Positions 1-7,022 of a stretch of 31,220 bases of DNA are shown piece after piece. The position numbers and the translations under genes were made by a program. The first letter of the stretch is position 1. The number at the start of each line of letters is the position of its first letter. The notes below the pieces were generated by a model, which worked only from the letters and a program-made list of their open reading frames with translations, had not been told where the DNA came from and did no database searches. The stretch is from a virus (lineage: Duplodnaviria > Caudoviricetes): IMG/VR virus record IMGVR_UViG_3300030101_003097, positions 1 through 31,220 of that record, one strand, 5' to 3'.

Positions 1-2
1 AC

Positions 3-164
3 TCCTTACATATAAAGCCGGCTTGGAACGAAGACGAGCATACAATGTTTGGAGGAAACTACGCCGCATCTAGCGATAGTAGATTATCAAAAGCTATGGA
101 CGACTTAACCGGTAATCGGTTTTATGGGGCTATAGCTATACACGATAGAGTGGAGGATTATTAG
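3..164 (+). CDS. 5'-truncated conserved phage hypothetical protein (C-terminal part)
   Basis: My translation: ...HTMFGGNYAASSDSRLSKAMDDLTGNRFYGAIAIHDRVEDY*, open from the window edge, TAG at 162-164. The MFGGN...SDSR...YGAxxIHDR pattern resembles a recurrent uncharacterised phage family (from memory). Confidence 0.65.
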   Translation, partial: SLHIKPAWNEDEHTMFGGNYAASSDSRLSKAMDDLTGNRFYGAIAIHDRVEDY

Positions 165-166
165 TT

Positions 167-328
167 ATGAATCAAAAGGAGTACCACGAGGCGTTAGGTA
201 GGTTAAGCGACCAGTATATGTTCGACCAAACTATGACCAACGCCGAGTACCTCCAACAAAAAAACAAAATCGAAATTACTTTTTTAAAAACAATTTACAA
301 CAACCCCCAAAATGAAACTACTAACTAA
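167..328 (+). CDS. small hypothetical protein (53 aa), not in ORF track
   Basis: ATG at 167 preceded by GGAGG (152-156); MNQKEYHEALGRLSDQYMFDQ...NNPQNETTN*; fills the gap between neighbours. Confidence 0.6.
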   Translation: MNQKEYHEALGRLSDQYMFDQTMTNAEYLQQKNKIEITFLKTIYNNPQNETTN

Positions 329-638
329 AGAACTATTAAACAAACTTCCAAAGCTTTACAGCCAACCCGCTCACGAAAACCCCGAAGAAGAAATGGTGTT
401 TTACGTTAAGCTTTTTACACCCGATAGTAATTGGACTTGGTTTATGGCCGAGTACGACCCCGAAACCGAAATAGCTTGGGGTTTAGTAAAAGGTCACGAA
501 CAAGAGTTTGGCTCTTTTGATATGAAAGAAATTAAAGCTATTAAAGGACCTTTTGGCTTACCGGTAGAAAGAGACATTTGTTTCGAAACTATTAAGGAAA
601 AAGAGCTTTTAGAAAAAATTAAAAAGGGAATCGATTAG
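312..638 (+). CDS. DUF2958-like protein
   Basis: KLFTPDSNWTW...EYDP...GLVKGHEQEFGSF...GPFGLPVERD matches the DUF2958 pattern as I recall it. Confidence 0.8.
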   Translation: MKLLTKELLNKLPKLYSQPAHENPEEEMVFYVKLFTPDSNWTWFMAEYDPETEIAWGLVKGHEQEFGSFDMKEIKAIKGPFGLPVERDICFETIKEKELLEKIKKGID

Positions 639-967
639 TGACTTTTTTTAATACTATTGGCGAAAACCAAGACGAGTTATCTAAATCAATAGCTCAAGCT
701 AAAAGCCAAGAAGCCAAAATTATGAGGTGCTTTAAATATTACGAAGGTAAATATCCCCGCCTTCGTTTTAGCCCTTCTATGGTTTTAAAGATGTCGGGAC
801 TTAAATGTCCTATAACGTCTATTAGACGAGCTATGACTAACCTAAGTAATGAAGGTAAGCTTGTTAAAACCGATGAAAAAATAAAAGGCTTATACGGCAA
901 ACTTGAGCATCTTTGGAGCTTACCGGAAGAACCGGAAACTTTTAAGCAAAATACGCTTCCTTTTTAA
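638..967 (+). CDS. putative winged-helix DNA-binding protein
   Basis: ITSIRRAMTNLSNEGKLVKT helix followed by a wing-like hairpin; GTG start overlaps the upstream stop. Confidence 0.55.
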   Translation: MTFFNTIGENQDELSKSIAQAKSQEAKIMRCFKYYEGKYPRLRFSPSMVLKMSGLKCPITSIRRAMTNLSNEGKLVKTDEKIKGLYGKLEHLWSLPEEPETFKQNTLPF

Positions 968-969
968 TA

Positions 970-1038
970 TTACGGACCCGTAACATAGGGGTAGTAAATA
1001 GGCTAATTAGTTGTTATGATTTGGGTAAGCCGAGAGGC
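970..1038 (+). promoter_or_regulatory. putative early promoter: palindrome, extended -10 and GNRA leader hairpin
   Basis: TTACGG-ac-CCGTAA (970-983); TGtTATGAT (1012-1020); GCC-GAGA-GGC (1029-1038); lies in the only sizeable gap of the early region. Confidence 0.5.
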
Positions 1039-1055
1039 ACAACCCCCTTACTTAA

Positions 1056-1241
1056 ATGACCGTTTTATTTACAGCCCGCGACCTTCTTAAAGAGATCGAG
1101 TTCGAGTTAGGCGACAAACTTACACCCGCACAACGCATAGCCGGCGGTGTTGCTATTTACAACAAGTTCGGTTTTGACTGCCGTATCGCTCCCGAGCAAA
1201 TCGAGGAAGCTACACAAACTATCATGACCGCTATTTTTTAA
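1056..1241 (+). CDS. small hypothetical protein
   Basis: 61-aa ORF in the co-oriented early cluster; AACCCCC motif upstream. Confidence 0.65.
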   Translation: MTVLFTARDLLKEIEFELGDKLTPAQRIAGGVAIYNKFGFDCRIAPEQIEEATQTIMTAIF

Positions 1242-1254
1242 ACCCCTTAAAACA

Positions 1255-1455
1255 ATGAACATCAAAGACACTACTAACATTCAAGAACAACTTGACGAAG
1301 CTAAAAAGCTTCTAGAAGAAAAGCAAACGGCGTATATGCACGCTTTTGCAAGCGGTAACTTACAAGACATCAGCAAGCACCGCAAAGAAGTATTTAGCCT
1401 AACTAGACAAATAGGCCAACTCGTTAAATACAAACTACAAACAGGAGCTAAGTAA
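1255..1455 (+). CDS. small helical/coiled-coil hypothetical protein
   Basis: 66-aa ORF with heptad-like helices; abuts the next gene. Confidence 0.65.
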   Translation: MNIKDTTNIQEQLDEAKKLLEEKQTAYMHAFASGNLQDISKHRKEVFSLTRQIGQLVKYKLQTGAK

Positions 1456-1716
1456 ATGAATTTTATTATCGACCCTAAATACGGAAACACTATTAACAGC
1501 GAAATGTTTGGTTGCACTTTCTTTCTTATTCCTTCTTACAGCGAAAAATATAAGATGATGCAATATAGTTTATTTTCCGCCCCTACTTTTAAAGACGGTT
1601 CCGTCGATTGGGATAGGCAAGTCTCTATTACCGAGTGGGATACCGAATCTTTTACTAAAGAGCAAGCGGAGGAAGTTGGTACAAAGTGGGCCGCTTTATT
1701 ACAGGAGGTAGGCTAA
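1456..1716 (+). CDS. hypothetical protein
   Basis: 86-aa ORF; starts immediately after the upstream stop; TAATG coupling to the next gene. Confidence 0.7.
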   Translation: MNFIIDPKYGNTINSEMFGCTFFLIPSYSEKYKMMQYSLFSAPTFKDGSVDWDRQVSITEWDTESFTKEQAEEVGTKWAALLQEVG

Positions 1717-1847
1717 TGAAACATTTTCTTTTATACATAGCGGTAGGCGGCATACTACTTACCGCCTTCGATTCCACCCTAACCCAGATGACAATGGCAG
1801 ATTGTAACGCCGGTATAGAGGCCGCTTGTAGGGAGTTAGATAAATGA
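1716..1847 (+). CDS. 43-aa single-TM/exported peptide with Cys pair, not in ORF track
   Basis: MKHFLLYIAVGGILLTAFDSTLTQMTMADCNAGIEAACRELDK*; TAATG and ATGA overlaps on both ends; AGGAGG at 1703-1708. Confidence 0.75.
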   Translation: MKHFLLYIAVGGILLTAFDSTLTQMTMADCNAGIEAACRELDK

Positions 1848-2194
1848 CTTTTTCAATGCCTTTTACCGAAAACGAAACTAAGCACCTTATTTACTTACTT
1901 AACTGCGAGTACAGAGAAAAAAGATTACTTAGAGAAACTATCGTAAAAAACATAATGCTTTGTAAATATACCGAAGATAGAGTTCGGCATACAAAGCAAG
2001 AGTTAGATCATTTAAAAGACGAGCTAATAGCAAACCAACTATTAGTACATAAATTAGATGACCACCTTACCGACCTTATTAGAGGTCATCAACTACAAAG
2101 CCTAGAGGAGTTAGAAGAGCCTAACTTCTTAGGGCCGGAGGCTAACCGCCACTTAAAACTATTAACTACTAAACCCCAAAATGAAACAGACTAA
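1844..2194 (+). CDS. hypothetical helical protein
   Basis: 116-aa ORF with ATGA coupling. Confidence 0.65.
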   Translation: MTFSMPFTENETKHLIYLLNCEYREKRLLRETIVKNIMLCKYTEDRVRHTKQELDHLKDELIANQLLVHKLDDHLTDLIRGHQLQSLEELEEPNFLGPEANRHLKLLTTKPQNETD

Positions 2195-2981
2195 AGCTAT
2201 TACTATCGACGCGGAAACTTACCACGCTGACCCCGCCTATAGTGCCACCGATTGCAAAACTATTATCGGTAAAAGTCCCGAAATATTTCACAAAATGAAG
2301 TACGGGGAGGAAAAACTAGACCACGAACCCGCCGTAAAAAAAGCTTTTAGAGCCGGCGAACTATGTCACGCCTTTACTTTAGAACCCGATAGAGCTAAAA
2401 AAGCTTACGGTGTTTGCCTTAGTAAAGCAACTAAAGCCGGTAAGATACAAGCCGAAGAAATGGCCGCTAAAGGTATAGAGCCTATAACTTCCGTAGAATA
2501 TGAGCTTGCATCTAACGTCGCTAACGCCGTACACGCTAACCCTATAGCTAAAAAACTTTTATCTAAAGGACATGCCGAAGCTAGTTTTTGGAAAACCGAC
2601 CCCGAAACAGGTTTATCTTGTAAAGCTAGAACCGACTTTATTAACGGCGATACTATTATCGACCTTAAAACTACCGGCGAAGGAGGGGCGGAGCCTAATA
2701 CGTTTGTTAAAAGTGTGGCTCGATATTTATATCACTTACAAGCCGCCCACTATTTAGAAGTTGTCGGTGCTAAGAGATTTATTTTTATCGCTGTAGAAAA
2801 GGTTTATCCGTTTGCCGTTAGCGTTACCGAGCTTGACGAGGCTTCTTTGGAATGGGGTTTAAAACTTCGCCAAGATGCTCTAAAACTCATAAGTCAATGC
2901 CATACCGATAGTTATTGGCGTGGTTATACCGAAAAAATTACAACCTTAAGCCTACCTAGTTGGGCGTATTCACAAAATTAA
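2181..2981 (+). CDS. RecE/exonuclease VIII-like PD-(D/E)XK exonuclease (DUF3799-type)
   Basis: YHAD..S, G...H...LEP, E.SFW.......CKARTD, IIDLKTT, YHLQAAHY, FIFIAVEK motifs; adjacent to an annealase. Confidence 0.9.
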   Translation: MKQTKAITIDAETYHADPAYSATDCKTIIGKSPEIFHKMKYGEEKLDHEPAVKKAFRAGELCHAFTLEPDRAKKAYGVCLSKATKAGKIQAEEMAAKGIEPITSVEYELASNVANAVHANPIAKKLLSKGHAEASFWKTDPETGLSCKARTDFINGDTIIDLKTTGEGGAEPNTFVKSVARYLYHLQAAHYLEVVGAKRFIFIAVEKVYPFAVSVTELDEASLEWGLKLRQDALKLISQCHTDSYWRGYTEKITTLSLPSWAYSQN

Positions 2982-2983
2982 TT

Positions 2984-3664
2984 ATGGAATTTACTAAAGA
3001 ACAAGTCGAGTTATTAAAAGAACCTATACTCGCAAAAAACGTAAAAGAAAGAGACGGAAACCAAGCCGGCACTTTTCAACTAGCTTACGTCGAAGGTTGG
3101 CACGTTATAGACGAAGCAAACCGCATATTTGGTTTTGACGGTTGGACTAGCGAAACTATAGAAACTAAACTTGTAGCCGAAGAGCAAAAATGTATTTCTT
3201 ATACGGCTAAAGTTAGAATTACTATAGGCGACGTTATTAGAGAAGGAACCGGTGCGGGACATGGGCGTTTTGGTAGTTTAGGCGAAAAGCATGAGTCGGC
3301 TATAAAAGAAGCCGAAACCGATGCTCGTAAAAGAGCCTTTATGCAGTTTGGCAACCAGTTTGGCCTCTCCCTTTACAACGGTAAGGATAAAAGTTGGAAA
3401 ACTAATAAAGGTAAATCCCAAATAAATAAAGGGGAGGTAATAGAAACTTTACGCGAGCAAGTTGCGGAAGTTGCCGATAATAAACCTCAAAGCGAAAATA
3501 CTTTTTTACTTGCTAAAAACGCTGTAGAAAACGCAAAGAGTGTCGACCAGTTATTAGACCACCAAAAAAACATAGCTATCCGTTTTAGAGACGGTAAGCT
3601 TACACAACAACAAAAAACCGAGTTAGATAACGCGGTCGCAAAAATGAGGGTAAAACTAAAATGA
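2984..3664 (+). CDS. Rad52/Rad22-family (Sak-like) single-strand annealing protein
   Basis: LAYVEGWHVIDEANRIFGFDGW, VIREGTG.G, KEAETDARKRAFMQFGNQFGLSLY; ATG at 2984 preferred over 2960. Confidence 0.92.
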   Translation: MEFTKEQVELLKEPILAKNVKERDGNQAGTFQLAYVEGWHVIDEANRIFGFDGWTSETIETKLVAEEQKCISYTAKVRITIGDVIREGTGAGHGRFGSLGEKHESAIKEAETDARKRAFMQFGNQFGLSLYNGKDKSWKTNKGKSQINKGEVIETLREQVAEVADNKPQSENTFLLAKNAVENAKSVDQLLDHQKNIAIRFRDGKLTQQQKTELDNAVAKMRVKLK

Positions 3665-3894
3665 CCGACCAAGCTTACTTATCTACGAAAGACCTCTGTA
3701 AAAGATATGGGGTCTGTATGGCTACAGTTAAACGTTGGCGGACTTTAACTAGACGCGGCGAACCTACTGGCCCTAAGTGGTATGAAGTTCCGCGTACCGC
3801 TTCTACTATCGGCGAACCTTACGTTCGATATGAATTACACCAAGTTCTAGCTTGGGAGGAAACAAACTCTATTACACCTATTAACTCTTTTTAA
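3661..3894 (+). CDS. excisionase/AlpA-like HTH DNA-binding protein
   Basis: YLSTKDLCKRYGV..ATVKRWR...GPKW...VRY...V.AWE. Confidence 0.8.
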   Translation: MTDQAYLSTKDLCKRYGVCMATVKRWRTLTRRGEPTGPKWYEVPRTASTIGEPYVRYELHQVLAWEETNSITPINSF

Positions 3895-3897
3895 ATT

Positions 3898-4272
3898 ATG
3901 GCTTACGAATCTAATTTTGAACCCGCGTTTCAAGTTCCCGTAAATTTTACTGTTTCGGATAATAAATACGAGCCTACTAAAAATAAATACTCTAAAAAAA
4001 TCGGTTTATTTATACCGCTAGAAACAGTTTTAGACTTTGCTCAACACGTTATGAATGTGGCCGATAAACCCGAAAACCACGCAAAGGGTAAAGTATTTGA
4101 TATGCGTACCGGCGAACGTGAAGAGGTACAGGGCATATATATTTACGGCAACGGTAATGTTAGTAAATACGACGAAGATGACTTCGGTGCTTACGGAACT
4201 ATTAACCCACGAAAAGTAGTAGTGGAAGTAGAAGAAAGTCCCGAAGAAGTTAACGAGGAAAGTCCATTTTGA
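3898..4272 (+). CDS. putative single-stranded DNA-binding protein
   Basis: Follows the exonuclease/annealase pair; acidic tail ending EEVNEESPF, like SSB C-termini; fold not verified. Confidence 0.45.
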   Translation: MAYESNFEPAFQVPVNFTVSDNKYEPTKNKYSKKIGLFIPLETVLDFAQHVMNVADKPENHAKGKVFDMRTGEREEVQGIYIYGNGNVSKYDEDDFGAYGTINPRKVVVEVEESPEEVNEESPF

Positions 4273-4616
4273 AAGAACCCAAACTACCTTTACAAGCCCA
4301 GATATTTATAGATCATTTAACTATTGGGCTTGATAGTTTTGATCTTAATTTTGAAGATTACGGTGCTACTTACGTTAACCATAAAGAGCATGGGGTAGCA
4401 ATTATGTTTTCGCAAGTAAAAGTCGCTGAACACTCCGAAAGTTGTCGCTTAAAAAACTCTATTATCGTTAGCGGTTTAGGCGTTCACTTTAGTAAAGAAC
4501 AAATATTTCCTTTTACCAATGAACAACCGCCCTCGCATCTAGCGATATTAATTTTATCGGCGATAGTAAAAGATACACCTTTGCAGTTTATTTGCGAGGA
4601 ATGTCATGGAGCATAA
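4269..4616 (+). CDS. hypothetical protein
   Basis: 115 aa; TTG start overlaps the upstream stop; C-terminal CxxC (C110/C113). Confidence 0.6.
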   Translation: MKEPKLPLQAQIFIDHLTIGLDSFDLNFEDYGATYVNHKEHGVAIMFSQVKVAEHSESCRLKNSIIVSGLGVHFSKEQIFPFTNEQPPSHLAILILSAIVKDTPLQFICEECHGA

Positions 4617-5940
4617 AAAACCTTTTAATAGAGCTTTAAAAAGAACCTTAGAAAGAAAAGCAAAAGAAAGTCCTTATACTTTCGCACAGATTGCAGAAGT
4701 TTATAGAAGAGGTCAAGGAGCCTATTTATCTAAAGGTAACCGAAACGTATCTATGGCTCAGTGGGCTATGGCTAGAGTAAATAAATTTTTAAGGGGAGGT
4801 GGAATAGACACCGATATTGCTAAAAATCGTAAAAGACAAAAAAAAGAACTTGATTATTTAGAACGTTATGGAAAAGGCTTACCAAAAGAAGTATCGCAAA
4901 CTATAGGTATAGAAGGAGGTCAAATTCTTACTTTACCTTCCGGCGTGACCGTTTCTTTAGCCCCAAGCGGTAAGTATGAAATATTAGAAGAAAAACCGAA
5001 AGAAGAACCTAAAGACGAGATCCCTAAAGAAATCAAAAGAAAGTTTCCTCATATAACCGTAAGCAAAAACTATAGCGAAACGGAAATAGCTTTTCTTTTT
5101 AAATACATTTCCCCCGTTGGTTATTACGAGTGGCATAAATTAGCTTCTAATTTAATATTTAATTCTAAAAATTGGAACGCCCAACAGATATTTCAAGTTT
5201 TTTCTGCACCGGCTTATTATTTAACAGATGAACTAAGTACCGCCTTTTTAGATACTCCTATACACGAATTAAAAATAGAAAAAAACCCCCAAATAATTAA
5301 TAACCACTTTTTTGTTTTACAAAGTAATGAAATAAATTTAGTTAATTATATGTTTATAGATACCGAGACCGGTCTTAATGATGTCGAGGTAGTTTGCCAT
5401 CTAAGCACCAAAAGTAGGTTTATAAGGTCCGAAGGCATAACGTTAGGCAAAGAAAGTAAACAACGTTTTATGTTTGGTTTTAATTGGAATAACCTTAACG
5501 CTATAAGAACTAACAATATTTCTAAGGCCGTAAACTCCCCGTTATGGATAAATAAAAGTAAAGACTACACGTTCGACGAACTTCCTAGAACCTACCAACA
5601 GCAGTTTTTGATAGTAGTAAATTTAATTTTATTTATGAATCAAGAGCCGGATATAACCGTCGAATACTTACCGCCGAGCCAAACTATACCTATACAACGA
5701 GAAATGAATAGGTCCGGTAAATTTAAGCCTAGAGCGGTTACTTGGATTGGTAAGGAGTTTAGCGAGCGTGTAATTAAGTTACGCCCTAAAACCGATATGC
5801 TAGAGGTAAAAGAAGCCGGTATTCCTAGACGACCTCATTGGCGAAGGGGACATTGGCATACGGTCTGTCAAGGTTTTAAACGTAGGCAACGCAAACTTAA
5901 ATGGTTTGAACCTTGTTATGTAAAAGGAAAAAATTTATAA
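4606..5940 (+). CDS. 444-aa protein: N-terminal DUF5824-like basic module fused to a domain ending in an HWRRGHW motif
   Basis: N-terminus paralogous to the ORF at 27219-27470; C-terminal PRRPHWRRGHW...KW..P..V motif seen in uncharacterised phage proteins. Confidence 0.75.
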   Translation: MEHKKPFNRALKRTLERKAKESPYTFAQIAEVYRRGQGAYLSKGNRNVSMAQWAMARVNKFLRGGGIDTDIAKNRKRQKKELDYLERYGKGLPKEVSQTIGIEGGQILTLPSGVTVSLAPSGKYEILEEKPKEEPKDEIPKEIKRKFPHITVSKNYSETEIAFLFKYISPVGYYEWHKLASNLIFNSKNWNAQQIFQVFSAPAYYLTDELSTAFLDTPIHELKIEKNPQIINNHFFVLQSNEINLVNYMFIDTETGLNDVEVVCHLSTKSRFIRSEGITLGKESKQRFMFGFNWNNLNAIRTNNISKAVNSPLWINKSKDYTFDELPRTYQQQFLIVVNLILFMNQEPDITVEYLPPSQTIPIQREMNRSGKFKPRAVTWIGKEFSERVIKLRPKTDMLEVKEAGIPRRPHWRRGHWHTVCQGFKRRQRKLKWFEPCYVKGKNL

Positions 5941-5941
5941 T
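5913..5941 (+). promoter_or_regulatory. sigma70-type promoter (TTGTTA-17 nt-TATAAT), probably for a leaderless mRNA
   Basis: -35 at 5913-5918, -10 at 5936-5941; ATG at 5948 after a 6-nt gap. Confidence 0.5.
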
Positions 5942-5947
5942 AAAAAT

Positions 5948-6238
5948 ATGAGAAGAGATCAAACGCCGTCAGGTTTCAAGCTTAAAAAGCTAAAAGAACT
6001 AAGACTACAAAAATTAGAAAAAAATTTATTAGAGGTTCACTTAAAAGGACAAGATCATTATATATTTATGAACGAAAGAGGAAAGGCTCAAATAGTAACG
6101 GGCGACGGTAATTGGGTTACGGAACATATAAGAACCGCCGTTTTAAAATTTAATTATGAAGTAGATAAAACCGAAAAAATGTTAATAAGAGACTTTACCG
6201 ACGAAGAAATTATTGCTTTCGAAAAAGCTTACGAATAA
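5948..6238 (+). CDS. hypothetical protein
   Basis: 96-aa ORF; overlaps the convergent gene by 29 nt. Confidence 0.7.
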   Translation: MRRDQTPSGFKLKKLKELRLQKLEKNLLEVHLKGQDHYIFMNERGKAQIVTGDGNWVTEHIRTAVLKFNYEVDKTEKMLIRDFTDEEIIAFEKAYE

Positions 6239-6482
6239 ATTTAAAACGTTTTTTTCTCATTTCAAAAACTGCATTTAGGGCCTCTAGCTCTACTAACCTT
6301 CCTAACATAGAAGCCATAAAAACATCTTGTTTCATTTGATGTCGTACTAAATGTGTGCAATATCGTTTAATACTTACAATGTCATCACTAGCCATAATAT
6401 CCCTACAACGTAATTCGACCGATAGCTCTAACTCTGCGGGAGCCGGTTCTATATCTATGTTAAGGAATTTAGTAACTTTCAT
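6210..6482 (-). CDS. helix-loop-helix protein, possibly NblA-like
   Basis: 90 aa with two amphipathic helices in an NblA-like hydrophobic register (see finding); ATGA-coupled to the upstream 53-aa ORF. Confidence 0.55.
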   Translation of the reverse strand: MKVTKFLNIDIEPAPAELELSVELRCRDIMASDDIVSIKRYCTHLVRHQMKQDVFMASMLGRLVELEALNAVFEMRKKRFKFIRKLFRKQ

Positions 6483-6640
6483 TTGACCGGAAACAATTTT
6501 TCTTCGATCATTTTGACGATCGCGTCGTCGACGTCATTGTCTGATTTAGCTGCCAAATCTTTTAAAAGGCTTAAAGCCGCCTTGCGTAGACTTTCACTTT
6601 TTCCAAACTTGATAAATAAACCAATTAGAAATTTAGACAT
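6479..6640 (-). CDS. 53-aa conserved cyanophage-type amphipathic protein (SDNxxDD motif), not in ORF track
   Basis: MSKFLIGLFIKFGKSESLRKAALSLLKDLAAKSDNDVDDAIVKMIEEKLFPVK*; promoter-like box 21 nt upstream. Confidence 0.8.
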   Translation of the reverse strand: MSKFLIGLFIKFGKSESLRKAALSLLKDLAAKSDNDVDDAIVKMIEEKLFPVK

Positions 6641-6661
6641 AATTTTATGTGTTACTTTCCT

Positions 6662-6684
6662 AACTTATCATTATTTGATAAATT
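6662..6684. promoter_or_regulatory. back-to-back divergent extended -10 promoters
   Basis: Minus strand TGATAAGTT (6670-6662) and plus strand TGATAAATT (6676-6684) together make the palindrome TTATCA-N5-TGATAA between divergent genes. Confidence 0.5.
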
Positions 6685-6690
6685 TGGCAT

Positions 6691-6744
6691 ATACTACCCT
6701 AATAAAGCGGTGGTCATCCTGTTTTTTCCCCAGTAGGGTAGTAT
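6691..6744 (+). promoter_or_regulatory. structured 5' leader (perfect 11-bp stem closing a 32-nt interior)
   Basis: ATACTACCCTA (6691-6701) is the exact reverse complement of TAGGGTAGTAT (6734-6744); ATG follows at 6750. Confidence 0.6.
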
Positions 6745-6749
6745 TTATT

Positions 6750-7022
6750 ATGGAAGAAAAAGAAGAAAAAGACGGTTTAGGTTTTTTAGGAAACGCCGTT
6801 CAAATTGTAATTTTAGCTTGGTCTTTAGCTGTTATTTCTTGGTCTTATTTTAATCCTAATCCTACTAGGCAAATAGATACCACGTTCGCCGCCGGCTTAC
6901 TAAGTGCCGTAATGTCTAACTACGGGCTAAATGTCAAAAAGGCTACGGACAAAAAGAAACAAAATGGTAATGTTAATATAGTAGATAACAAAGATTCCAA
7001 AGTTGGAGTTGTAAAAAAATGA
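6750..7022 (+). CDS. two-TM membrane protein, holin-like (90 aa)
   Basis: Likely true start ATG 6750 (MEEKEEKD...); two hydrophobic segments around IDTTF; basic C-terminal tail; holin function inferred from topology. Confidence 0.6.
   Translation: MEEKEEKDGLGFLGNAVQIVILAWSLAVISWSYFNPNPTRQIDTTFAAGLLSAVMSNYGLNVKKATDKKKQNGNVNIVDNKDSKVGVVKK

Noticed and set aside
1281-3672. Alternative-frame/antisense ORFs 1281-1517, 2572-2757, 3080-3262, 3487-3672
   Set aside because: They lie over well-supported genes and show no recognisable motifs
3661-3894. Evidence for an integrated prophage
   Set aside because: An excisionase-like HTH alone is insufficient; no integrase, att site or host genes in the window
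6662-6684. Fur-box-like sequence (AATAATGATAAG on the minus strand)
   Set aside because: Only a partial match in AT-rich DNA; two divergent TGATAA extended -10 boxes explain the palindrome more simply
6483-6749. N-terminal extension of the tracked 179-aa ORF
   Set aside because: It is the antisense of a convincing 53-aa minus-strand gene and crosses the promoter/leader; ATG 6750 gives a coherent 2-TM protein
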